64,000 nt of DNA from Promethearchaeota archaeon (GCA_019058245.1 JAHPZJ010000028.1:32001-96000), one strand, 5' to 3'; shown: positions 42,311-50,827, numbered from the stretch's first letter. The notes: generated from the sequence alone by a model not told the origin. A program made the numbers and translations.

Positions 42311-43177
42311 ATGCAACTATTCAATATTAACAATAAGGGAGAAATGATAGGGATAGATAGATTAGATTTTGATGCTAATGATGTATATCTTGTGGATGAT
42401 ATAGAAAAAAATACAATTTACATTTGGGTCGGAATGGAAGTAGAACAAAATAAAAAAGATATCACAGCAGATATCGCAAGAAAAATTGATAAAGAAAGAG
42501 GGGGATCAGCAAAAATCCTTATTATGAAACAAAAAAGAGAATATGGTTCCTTTTTAGCAATGATGAATGATTTAATAAAGGGGAATATACCTGGAAAAAC
42601 AATTGAAAGAAGACCTGAATTCGTATTTAAGGCACCTCCTAAAACTATTAAACCTAATAGGGCTGAGCAAACATCAGAAGAGAAAACGATTAATCTTGAA
42701 GAGAGAATAACAAAATGGCTACTACAAATTAAAGAACATAGAGTATTTGAACCAGACAAAAAAGAAAGTCTTGATGCTGTAAAATTCATCAAGTTTGAGG
42801 AGTCCCATGAAGAAATACAAACTGAGAGCAAAACAGAGGCAGAACAATTGTTAGAGCAAACGGAAAAACATAAAGAAATTGAACCCGAATTTGTTGAGGT
42901 AGAACTGGAAGAACCTGATTTAAAAACAGAAATAAAAGAAGCTGCATATTTTCTTTCCTTAGACAGATACTCCTATAACGATTTATGTTGGATGTTGGCT
43001 GAAAAAATTCAAAAAATGAATATTGTAATGCCTTCTATTGAAGATATAAAACGAAAGGCAGAAGAAGTCTTTAGTTCAAGTTGTACTTATGACGAACTAT
43101 GTTGGTTAAATGCTGAAATGGATATATTGATTAAGAAAAGCTTTATTGAAAAAGAGAAGAAGATGTTTAGATATTAA
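42311..43177 (+). CDS. Single gelsolin-like domain protein with a duplicated C-terminal helical repeat
   Basis: FDANDVYLVD...IYIWVG...ARKI..ERGG..KI....Q.RE...F; two IK..A..[LV].....Y..LCW..AE repeats; ATG after a GAGAGTGA SD. Confidence 0.75.
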   Translation: MQLFNINNKGEMIGIDRLDFDANDVYLVDDIEKNTIYIWVGMEVEQNKKDITADIARKIDKERGGSAKILIMKQKREYGSFLAMMNDLIKGNIPGKTIERRPEFVFKAPPKTIKPNRAEQTSEEKTINLEERITKWLLQIKEHRVFEPDKKESLDAVKFIKFEESHEEIQTESKTEAEQLLEQTEKHKEIEPEFVEVELEEPDLKTEIKEAAYFLSLDRYSYNDLCWMLAEKIQKMNIVMPSIEDIKRKAEEVFSSSCTYDELCWLNAEMDILIKKSFIEKEKKMFRY

Positions 43178-43200
43178 AAATTAAGATTTTATAGTTATTA

Positions 43201-43506
43201 TTATCCACAACAACTATTGTTTTGAGGATTTTTAGCAACAGAGCGAGCATTCCATAAGCAACCACAACCTTTTTGTTCTTGTAAAAAAATTGCCATTGTA
43301 GGACAATTTCTTTTACAAGCAGAGCACTCCGTGCAAAGTTCTGGATTATTAATTTCAAATTTCCCATCTTTATTTGGAGTTGGGAGTCCAAAAGGACAGA
43401 TTTCTCCACATATACCACAACCTGTACATAAATCAGGGTTGATTGAGATCTTTGGGATATTTAATGAAATTTTAACTGATTTTGATTTTAATGTTAATTT
43501 GATCAC
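43201..43506 (-). CDS. hgcB: HgcB-like 2x[4Fe-4S] ferredoxin with C-terminal Cys tail
   Basis: CTGCGICGEICP, CTECSACKRNCP, then GCGC and terminal SCCG; immediately downstream of the hgcA-like gene. Confidence 0.8.
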   Translation of the reverse strand: MIKLTLKSKSVKISLNIPKISINPDLCTGCGICGEICPFGLPTPNKDGKFEINNPELCTECSACKRNCPTMAIFLQEQKGCGCLWNARSVAKNPQNNSCCG

Positions 43507-43558
43507 CTTTTTTTTTCCTATTAATAATATTTGTTTATATTATTTATCTTAATTTGTT

Positions 43559-45247
43559 TTAAAATATTAGAGGGAAAATGATACTAATAGCTAGAGATAT
43601 TAAACTAATTATAAATAAAACCATATTGATTTTACTGAAAATTGGATATTCTTCTTGGATCTCCCGAGGGCTAGTTGCCATAGTATATCCACTGTACGAC
43701 ATTGTAGAGAAGAATGCTAACCAAAAGTAAAAGCAAGATTGCCATAATATTAAGAAGAATGAATTATGAATAAGCCAAGATATACTACTTAATAGAAAAA
43801 CATTTATAATACCATAAATCAAACCTTTAATAATAAATCTTCGAGTGAAATTGGTAATAGGGTATAAAAACATAATTGATGCATTAGTAATAATAACCCA
43901 AAGCCAAATTTCAGCAACAATCCACATTAACCTTATTTCTACAATATTTAATATGCTTAATCCTAATATAATTAAAATTAATGCAACACTTGGCCATAAG
44001 AAAATCTTTCGAAATAAAAATGTAGTATGCGTAATAGCTGCACGCAAACGATGAGAAGCTGTAAATCTTGCTAATCTCATTTTCTCTGGCTTTCGAGCAG
44101 GGCGTTCATTTAGAAATTTAGGAATATGTTTCGCCCATACAGGTCCAAATAAGATATTATATGGGAAATTTGACGCTTCACTTTTTATTAAGGGAGATGC
44201 AATTCCTCCAGCAGAAAGTTGAGGAAGTATTAATGTTTTCTTATTAGAAATATTAGTAATATCAGTTGCTTCTACTGCTTCAATCAATTGTTTATTTCCA
44301 AAATTATTTCCTCGAGCTGCACACCAAACATTTATCCCATTAGAATCAACACATAAAACCCAAGCGTTTATCCCTTTAAGAGCACGCATTAATTTAATAT
44401 ACGTATAACTATAATTAGCAGTTACTAAAATAGGTGAATCTCTGTCAGGAATCCCCGATTTATAAATACCTGGCTCTATTGGTACATGATCTACCTGTCC
44501 TGTAAAAATACAACGATAAATGTTCATTTGCGCCCGAAATCCTTTAAACTTTTTAAACTTAGGATGATAATAACCAGGTTCTTTTAAATTATTATTCTGA
44601 ATCTTTTTTAATTCAATAACTCGAATAGAACCATGATTCCATCTTTTTTCTGCCACTAATTTAAAACCAATAGGCTCTAAATAATTGAAAAACCATTTGA
44701 CTAAAAATGTATTAGGCAATCGGAGCCTACCTAATTTTTTTTTGTACTTCCAACGTTTAATGTTAAAAAAAATTCTCCAAAGCCCAGAGGGGACAAATTC
44801 AGCGGCAAGTATCATCCGACCATTCGGTTTTAAAGCCTTCCAAGCATTTCTTAGAAAAGTTTGTTGTTCAAATGGTCTAAGTTCTGAAAGCATAAATGTA
44901 CTTACAATCAAATCTTTAGAATTATCTTCAGCAGGTAAATCAGTAATTGATCCTATTTGGTATAAAAGTTTCGTTTTGGATTCAGAAGGAAAATTTTTCA
45001 TAGCCGTGTTAATCATTTGTAAGTTTTTATCAATAGCTAGAACTTCACTCCCCTTTAACGCCATTTTTTTAGCAAGAGCTCCTGTACCGCATCCTACTTC
45101 TAGGATAATTTGTGGTGCTTTAATTCGTTCTATTATCCAATTCTGAACTTCGATATTCGTACCTTTTGTAAGTTCAGTGAATTTTGATTCATAAGTCTCA
45201 GGCTCTAATTCCAATTTCCGCATGTAGACTACAGCTATTTTATTCAC
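43559..45247 (-). CDS. hgcA: Class I SAM methyltransferase fused to an HgcA-like corrinoid-binding domain and membrane anchor
   Basis: ILEVGCGTG, AID, DLIVSTFMLSE, LKPNGRMI; then IEPGIY..G.PD..SPILVTANY, GINVWCAARG, LILPQLSAGG, FGPVWA and about 5 C-terminal TM helices. The symbol denotes homology; Hg activity is unproven. Confidence 0.8.
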   Translation of the reverse strand: MNKIAVVYMRKLELEPETYESKFTELTKGTNIEVQNWIIERIKAPQIILEVGCGTGALAKKMALKGSEVLAIDKNLQMINTAMKNFPSESKTKLLYQIGSITDLPAEDNSKDLIVSTFMLSELRPFEQQTFLRNAWKALKPNGRMILAAEFVPSGLWRIFFNIKRWKYKKKLGRLRLPNTFLVKWFFNYLEPIGFKLVAEKRWNHGSIRVIELKKIQNNNLKEPGYYHPKFKKFKGFRAQMNIYRCIFTGQVDHVPIEPGIYKSGIPDRDSPILVTANYSYTYIKLMRALKGINAWVLCVDSNGINVWCAARGNNFGNKQLIEAVEATDITNISNKKTLILPQLSAGGIASPLIKSEASNFPYNILFGPVWAKHIPKFLNERPARKPEKMRLARFTASHRLRAAITHTTFLFRKIFLWPSVALILIILGLSILNIVEIRLMWIVAEIWLWVIITNASIMFLYPITNFTRRFIIKGLIYGIINVFLLSSISWLIHNSFFLILWQSCFYFWLAFFSTMSYSGYTMATSPREIQEEYPIFSKINMVLFIISLISLAISIIFPLIF

Positions 45248-45397
45248 ACCTATTTATCGTATTTTAGAAAATTCTTTTTAATTTTTATTCATAAAAAGTC
45301 ATATTAAATTTAATTTTTCAGTCGAATAAATCAAAAAAAAAATAAAAAACTTGAGATTAAATTTTTTAAATTTTGCTTTTGATAGAATTATATTAAT

Positions 45398-45481
45398 TTA
45401 ACAACACCCTTCTTTTGATTGGGATTCCTCTTCATCATTTTTAGGTTCTTCAGAACAACATTCTTTATCTTTATCTTCCAT
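45398..45481 (-). CDS. 27-aa acidic di-(Cys-Cys) peptide MEDKDKECCSEEPKNDEEESQSKEGCC
   Basis: Below the ORF-track cutoff; ATG...TAA, GAGGT SD about 12 nt upstream, own BRE/TATA and operator. Confidence 0.75.
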   Translation of the reverse strand: MEDKDKECCSEEPKNDEEESQSKEGCC

Positions 45482-45523
45482 AAGTAATTAAGACCTCGTT
45501 TATATTTAATTGTTAGATAATTG

Positions 45524-45555
45524 ATAGTTAGGAGCCTAACTATATAAATGTTTCG
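45524..45555 (-). promoter_or_regulatory. BRE-TATA promoter overlapped by a perfect palindromic operator (probable MarR site)
   Basis: ATAGTTAGG-ag-CCTAACTAT at 45524-45543; minus-strand CGAAACA-TTTATATA at 45541-45555; degenerate copy at 45563-45580. Confidence 0.75.
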
Positions 45556-45622
45556 TTTCATATAATTAGGAACTTAACAAAATAATTTAATTTAAAATTT
45601 TAAAGGAGCGTAAGTTAAAGCG

Positions 45623-46087
45623 TTAACATTTTAGTGAGTTTAATAATTTCTGAAGTAATTCTCCTAACTTTTTCACCTCTTCTTCATTGATTTCTGGACA
45701 ACACCCATTAACGATTGATTCTAAGGGAGGAGTTTCATTTTTTAAGTTTTTGCCCTTTTCTGTAAGTTTAACAAGGAGACTTCTTCTATCCGAAGGATGT
45801 AATTTGCGAGTAACTATCTTCTTTTTTTCCATTGTATCTACTACTCCTGTAATTGTAGATCTTGAACATCCACATTTTTCTGCTAATTCTTTAAATTGTT
45901 GACCATCGGATTCCCATAGCTGACTTAATATAAAATGCTGTGCTGGAGTTAGTTCTAATTCTTGAATATTATTACGCTTTAATTTTTCGTATTTCTTATT
46001 TATGGTATTAATTAAAGAAAATACATTGACAATATGTTTAGGTTTACATGAATTTTCACATAATTCATGGTTTTTTTTTTCACTCAT
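45623..46087 (-). CDS. Cys-rich MarR-family transcriptional regulator
   Basis: LTPAQ..IL..LW, SRSTITGVVDTME, DRRSLLVKLTEKG; Cys in CENSC, CGC, GCC and at the C-terminus. Confidence 0.9.
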   Translation of the reverse strand: MSEKKNHELCENSCKPKHIVNVFSLINTINKKYEKLKRNNIQELELTPAQHFILSQLWESDGQQFKELAEKCGCSRSTITGVVDTMEKKKIVTRKLHPSDRRSLLVKLTEKGKNLKNETPPLESIVNGCCPEINEEEVKKLGELLQKLLNSLKC

Positions 46088-46307
46088 GTCTATATTAAAT
46101 TATTAGGATCATTATAATTTATGTCCTTATAATATTTATAATCCTCAGTCTTTATTAATTTTTCAATTTTCAAAACAAAAAATTAGTTCCAAATAAGCCT
46201 AAGAGTATAAAAACCTTTGGTAAATAATTATTTTGAGTAGATAACTTTAAATATTCATTTTTACTGTCAATACATAAAAAATTTTTAGAAATTAAAGGTG
46301 AAAATAT

Positions 46308-46889
46308 ATGGAAAATAGTAATGATATAAGCGAAGAACAATTTTGGAAAGAAGCTATAAAGAAACATACTAATGCTTTTATAGTGATGATTGTAGCAGCT
46401 GTTTGTTTAATTATAGGAGCTGTTTTGACATTGTTTTGGATTATAGAGGTAAATCCTTTCGTTGACCCACAAACTGGCTTAATTGGTAATTGGACACTGA
46501 ATTATATCGTTGGATTCTTTATACAATTAATATTAGCGGAATTATTATTTGTGGGCGCTCCGGCAGCATTATTTTTTGGCTTAGGAGGATATTTATGGTG
46601 GAGTAAGTTACCCGCAGAAGATAAAGAATGGTTTAGAGCAAGAGACAAAAAAGAAAAGCACAGAAAGCAAAATTGGGGTGGTGGTGGTGGTTTTGGTTTC
46701 TTTATGTTTATTGCTTATTGTATTTATATTGCTGTTGATGGAAATTACAATACACCAATTGGGACTAAGCCATGGGGATATTGGGTTTATTCATGGTTTT
46801 TAACCTTGATGTGGATATTAATTGTGCTCGGAATTCCTGCGTTGATTATACTTATAATTGTATACTTTACTTATTGGAGAAAAAAATAA
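46308..46889 (+). CDS. Four-TM hypothetical membrane protein
   Basis: GGTGA SD, hydrophobic helices, GGGGG linker. Confidence 0.8.
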   Translation: MENSNDISEEQFWKEAIKKHTNAFIVMIVAAVCLIIGAVLTLFWIIEVNPFVDPQTGLIGNWTLNYIVGFFIQLILAELLFVGAPAALFFGLGGYLWWSKLPAEDKEWFRARDKKEKHRKQNWGGGGGFGFFMFIAYCIYIAVDGNYNTPIGTKPWGYWVYSWFLTLMWILIVLGIPALIILIIVYFTYWRKK

Positions 46890-47048
46890 ATATTAATTTT
46901 AACTTTTTTTTTTATTTTTCACTAATTTTAAGAAATTTTAACCAAATGCCTTCAAAAACTTAATATATCCGCAATTTAACCTAAGTCCAAATATATTTTC
47001 TATTATTTTAATAAATCTTATTTCTTTTCAATCAATTATTCCTACTTT

Positions 47049-48224
47049 TCAAGAATTTTTAAGCGGCGTCATAAAACCCCCAGCATTTCTTTCTGTCAGG
47101 GGAATCATTTTTTCACATTCTTCTATTTGTACAACTTTATCAAAAAAGAATTCTCCTATATTTTGAGCTTTTAAATACAATTCATCGATATATTCTTCTT
47201 TAATTGAACGAAATAAAAATATTTTAAGAATCGGTTCAGGTTTATCTTCTAGATCCCAAACACCAACAGCAATCCCATCTAAAAAAATAGTTGATGTTAT
47301 ATTTCCAGATCGATCAAATATCAGATTATAATTTTTGGCACCTATATACCTTTCACGATTCTTATATCCCATTGGATATGGATCGAGTCTGGGTAATATA
47401 TTTAATGTTTGTTTTTGCGAATTAGGTAAATTATCTATCTGGTCTATATCTTCTTCAAACATTAGAAATTGTTGTTTTATATTAGTAATTTTAACTTTTA
47501 TCAATTTACTGTCTATAGCACTTAAAGCATTTCTAATTTTGGTCTTTGTTAAACCTGTCCACCAAGAGATATCATTCTCCGATACTGGTCCATATGTTTT
47601 AATATAATTCTCTACAAGGAGTTGAATTGCCTCATTTTCATCAAATTTTGTTAAATTTAGGTTAGGGAAATAGTCACCAAATGCTACATATTTATTTCTT
47701 CGATCCTTCCAATCTTTGATTGGTTTTCCTCTAATGAGTAAACCATAATTACACATAACTTGGATAATTGCTGGGATATTTGATTTGGAGTTCATTTCTT
47801 TTCTTATCTCTGATGCTGACAATTCTTTTTCTTTTAATAGTTTCAATATATTTTGTGATATATCCTGATATTCTTTCAATGTAATCTTATGAAATTCCAT
47901 AAATTTTTCGAAAGATTTACTAATTATATTAGAAGTTGCAGCATACACTATTGGAATAAAATTTTTGGTTTCAATAAAGATAGTTCTTCTCATTCCTCGT
48001 ATTCTTGCGAGATTTTTAATCAGATAGAGTTCATTTTCCAAATCATTTTTAATGAAATTATTAGTTCTTGCAAAAAGAGATAAATATGAAGTAGTAAGTT
48101 CCGTTGAATGAAGTCCACATAAATCATCAGTTATTTGTAATATATCATCAATTTTTGCATTTTGAGTTAAATGTTGTTTCTTCAAAATTAGTTTATTAAC
48201 TTGATCTAAATCCAAAATTCGCAT
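47049..48224 (-). CDS. AlkZ/YcaQ (HTH_42) family DNA glycosylase-like protein
   Basis: GLHST...YLSLFAR, MRRTIF, YIKTYGPVSENDISWWTGL, LPRLDPY.MGY, G..VGVW. Confidence 0.8.
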   Translation of the reverse strand: MRILDLDQVNKLILKKQHLTQNAKIDDILQITDDLCGLHSTELTTSYLSLFARTNNFIKNDLENELYLIKNLARIRGMRRTIFIETKNFIPIVYAATSNIISKSFEKFMEFHKITLKEYQDISQNILKLLKEKELSASEIRKEMNSKSNIPAIIQVMCNYGLLIRGKPIKDWKDRRNKYVAFGDYFPNLNLTKFDENEAIQLLVENYIKTYGPVSENDISWWTGLTKTKIRNALSAIDSKLIKVKITNIKQQFLMFEEDIDQIDNLPNSQKQTLNILPRLDPYPMGYKNRERYIGAKNYNLIFDRSGNITSTIFLDGIAVGVWDLEDKPEPILKIFLFRSIKEEYIDELYLKAQNIGEFFFDKVVQIEECEKMIPLTERNAGGFMTPLKNS

Positions 48225-48314
48225 TTTTATTTATTTTGGTTGTTAAATGATAGATAGTGTATTTATCAATTTCGATAAAAATTAAAAAAATTATATTTAA
48301 AATAATGAAAAAGG

Positions 48315-48896
48315 TTATTTACTCAACTTTTCTAGCAAAAAAGCAAAATTCTTGCCTAAATTTTCAAATGTTTCAATACCCTCTTCATCATCCAACACTT
48401 CTCCCGCTTGTCTTCCAATTCCTACATTCCAATAACTCGAACCAACAACAAACATCTGGTTTATAAGAAAGAAATAGTTTATACTTGAGAAAACATGATT
48501 TGCTCCAGCCCTCCTAACTGCTACAACTGCTGCTCCTACTTTGTGTTTTAATTTTCTTCCAGCAGCATATCCGCAACGTTCTATTAACGCTTTTGTGGTT
48601 GTTGTTAAATTAGAATAATATGTGGGAGAACCAATAATTATTCCATCAGAATTTAACATCTTTTCAATATACTTATTCATATTATCTCCAGGTAATACAC
48701 ACTTTTGATCATCATTATCTCTACATTTCATGCATGCCGTGCATCCTTGCATTTTTTCCATCCCAATCCAATTATAATCACATTCTATCCCAGCTGCTTT
48801 TAATTCATCCATAACGACATTTAAGCAATGATATGTATTTCCTTCTTTTCTGGGACTTCCATTAAATAATACCACTTTCATTATTATAGACCTCAA
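48315..48896 (-). CDS. Iron-sulfur flavoprotein (Isf) / flavodoxin family
   Basis: NGSPRKEGNT, CTACMKC......C, GSPTYY, VRRAGA, GSSYWN. Confidence 0.9.
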   Translation of the reverse strand: MRSIIMKVVLFNGSPRKEGNTYHCLNVVMDELKAAGIECDYNWIGMEKMQGCTACMKCRDNDDQKCVLPGDNMNKYIEKMLNSDGIIIGSPTYYSNLTTTTKALIERCGYAAGRKLKHKVGAAVVAVRRAGANHVFSSINYFFLINQMFVVGSSYWNVGIGRQAGEVLDDEEGIETFENLGKNFAFLLEKLSK

Positions 48897-49027
48897 ATAT
48901 TATAATTTTCAAATTATTCTTCAATAATTAATACGACACTTTTAATTTTTATAAAAATCCTCTTATTATAATTAAATTTTACCTCTTTTATAATAAGAAT
49001 AAAAAAAAGAATTATTAGTTAATAATC

Positions 49028-50386
49028 TTATTTCCAAACATTTACTGCTTCTTTTAGATGTTCAATGGCTTTTATTTCATTGGGTTTGATCTTTAAAAGT
49101 AAGTCAGTACCTTTTTTTCTTTTATCTTCTGGGAACTCACCTTCAAATGTAAATGGAAATATTTCAACAAATTTTGCAAGCAAATCTTTAGACTTAGAAA
49201 ATTCTTCAGAAGCCTTTATTAACGGTTTATATTGAGGTCTATCTATGTATCGTGTTGCGACTCTTTTTAGAAACTCTACGGTTGTGGATCTACCTTCTAA
49301 TGCACAATTTGCTACATAACTATTTCCAAAATAAATTAAATTTTCTCCCTTTATTCCTTTTTGTAGGACATTTGCCCATTCTACAAAAGCTTCTGGTCCT
49401 GCAACATAAGTATCTTCATGTGCGTAATTCTTTCCTTCTGCCATACGAATCGCACGTTCAATAGCTTCCTTGTCTCTAACTTTTGGATCAACATCTATTT
49501 GCTTATCAAAGGAGAAATAATGTAATAATCCTGGTGCTTTTATTTTGTCATATGGAATTGGTGTTTCTGGTAAGCCCTGATAGTGTCGAAATGTGCTAAC
49601 AAGATAGGACTCATCTTTATAACCATAAACAATCCCATATTCTGGAACTGGAATCCCCCAAAAAACTATTGGTTTTTGATTCTCATTAAAATCTTTTTTG
49701 AAGTGATCGAATAATTTCTTGGCTTGACCTCTTTTAGGTGTATCTATGTCAATTTCACTTTCATATTTGGTTTCCTCCTTATATCCCCATTTAATTTCAA
49801 TTCCAAGGGCTTGTGTACCCTTCAGGATTTCATCATATGCTTTATGAGCTGTTGGTCCAGATGCACAAGTGTCTTTCTTTGCCACATTGATAAAAAAGGA
49901 CCACCCACTATAACCCCCCACATCAATTATACTACATTCTTGTCCAAAAGATTTTAAAACACCAGAAACTGCACCTAAATATGATATCCAACACTTTTGA
50001 TATACGGGAATATTACTAGTTCTATTTTCACCCATTTCAGTTAACCTTCTTTTCTGGAATCCTTGTGAATAATATTGTTGGATTTTTTTTCTCTCAAATA
50101 ACTCTCGAACTTTTGCATTATCATAAAATTTAGTAATTGCTTTTAGTAATTCTTGTCCATCTTGGGTAATTCGATAAAATCCCCGTTCAAAACGCTCTAT
50201 TAATTTCACTTCAATTAATGAGGTCAAATTATTTGAAAGAGCTGTCTTTTGTAATTCAGTTTGGCGTTTTAATTTACTAAAATTCAAAATTTGTTCATTT
50301 AATAGAGATAATATTTGAATTCTTTTTGGATGTGCTACTGCTTTTAGAAATTCTGTCATTCCTTCAATATTATCCAATAATAACAC
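49028..50386 (-). CDS. ArsR-type wHTH regulator fused to a large C-terminal putative sensor domain
   Basis: AVAHPKRIQIL...LSNNLTSL...GFYRITQDG; about 330-aa C-terminal domain; likely start TTG (MDNIEG). Confidence 0.75.
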   Translation of the reverse strand: MLLLDNIEGMTEFLKAVAHPKRIQILSLLNEQILNFSKLKRQTELQKTALSNNLTSLIEVKLIERFERGFYRITQDGQELLKAITKFYDNAKVRELFERKKIQQYYSQGFQKRRLTEMGENRTSNIPVYQKCWISYLGAVSGVLKSFGQECSIIDVGGYSGWSFFINVAKKDTCASGPTAHKAYDEILKGTQALGIEIKWGYKEETKYESEIDIDTPKRGQAKKLFDHFKKDFNENQKPIVFWGIPVPEYGIVYGYKDESYLVSTFRHYQGLPETPIPYDKIKAPGLLHYFSFDKQIDVDPKVRDKEAIERAIRMAEGKNYAHEDTYVAGPEAFVEWANVLQKGIKGENLIYFGNSYVANCALEGRSTTVEFLKRVATRYIDRPQYKPLIKASEEFSKSKDLLAKFVEIFPFTFEGEFPEDKRKKGTDLLLKIKPNEIKAIEHLKEAVNVWK

Positions 50387-50503
50387 CTTAAATTGTTATT
50401 ATAGTAAAAATAGTCAACAACATATTTAAGTCTTCCTATGTATCCAGAACACTGTTCACGAAAAGGCGGAATAGTATAATAATATTTTTCAAAAATATAT
50501 ATT

Positions 50504-50827
50504 TCACTCAATTCTTTCCACTTTGAATATTACAGGTCGAAACCAATCAGAGCATCCAGTAATAACAGTGCCTTTATATTTCATTCCTAGTACATCTCCT
50601 CCTGACGCTACAAGCATTATATCCTTTCTTATATCTGCCCATGCCCAATGGCAGAATCCATCGGGAACCTGAGCAAGATTTGGATCAATTATTATTTCTT
50701 GACCTTCTTCAAAAATCTCGCATAGTTTCATACCAGTATATTCATCACTGATAAATTCTTCAATCAAGTCTTTATTCAATGACTTTTTCAATACTGTTAA
50801 TTTACATTTTGGCATAGATGATTTCAT
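50504..50827 (-). CDS. TIGR04076-family-like protein
   Basis: CKLTV, C..FEEGQE, FCHWAW, CSDWFRPVIFKVER. Confidence 0.8.
   Translation of the reverse strand: MKSSMPKCKLTVLKKSLNKDLIEEFISDEYTGMKLCEIFEEGQEIIIDPNLAQVPDGFCHWAWADIRKDIMLVASGGDVLGMKYKGTVITGCSDWFRPVIFKVERIE

Noticed and set aside
43559-44520. Calling the corrinoid protein CdhE/AcsC of the Wood-Ljungdahl pathway
   Set aside because: It has the Cys cap helix, C-terminal TM helices and an HgcB-like neighbour, lacks the Fe-S and TIM-barrel domains, and no cdh genes are nearby
43201-45247. Asserting proven mercury methylation
   Set aside because: Both signature motifs deviate from consensus and the fusion is atypical, so activity cannot be read from sequence
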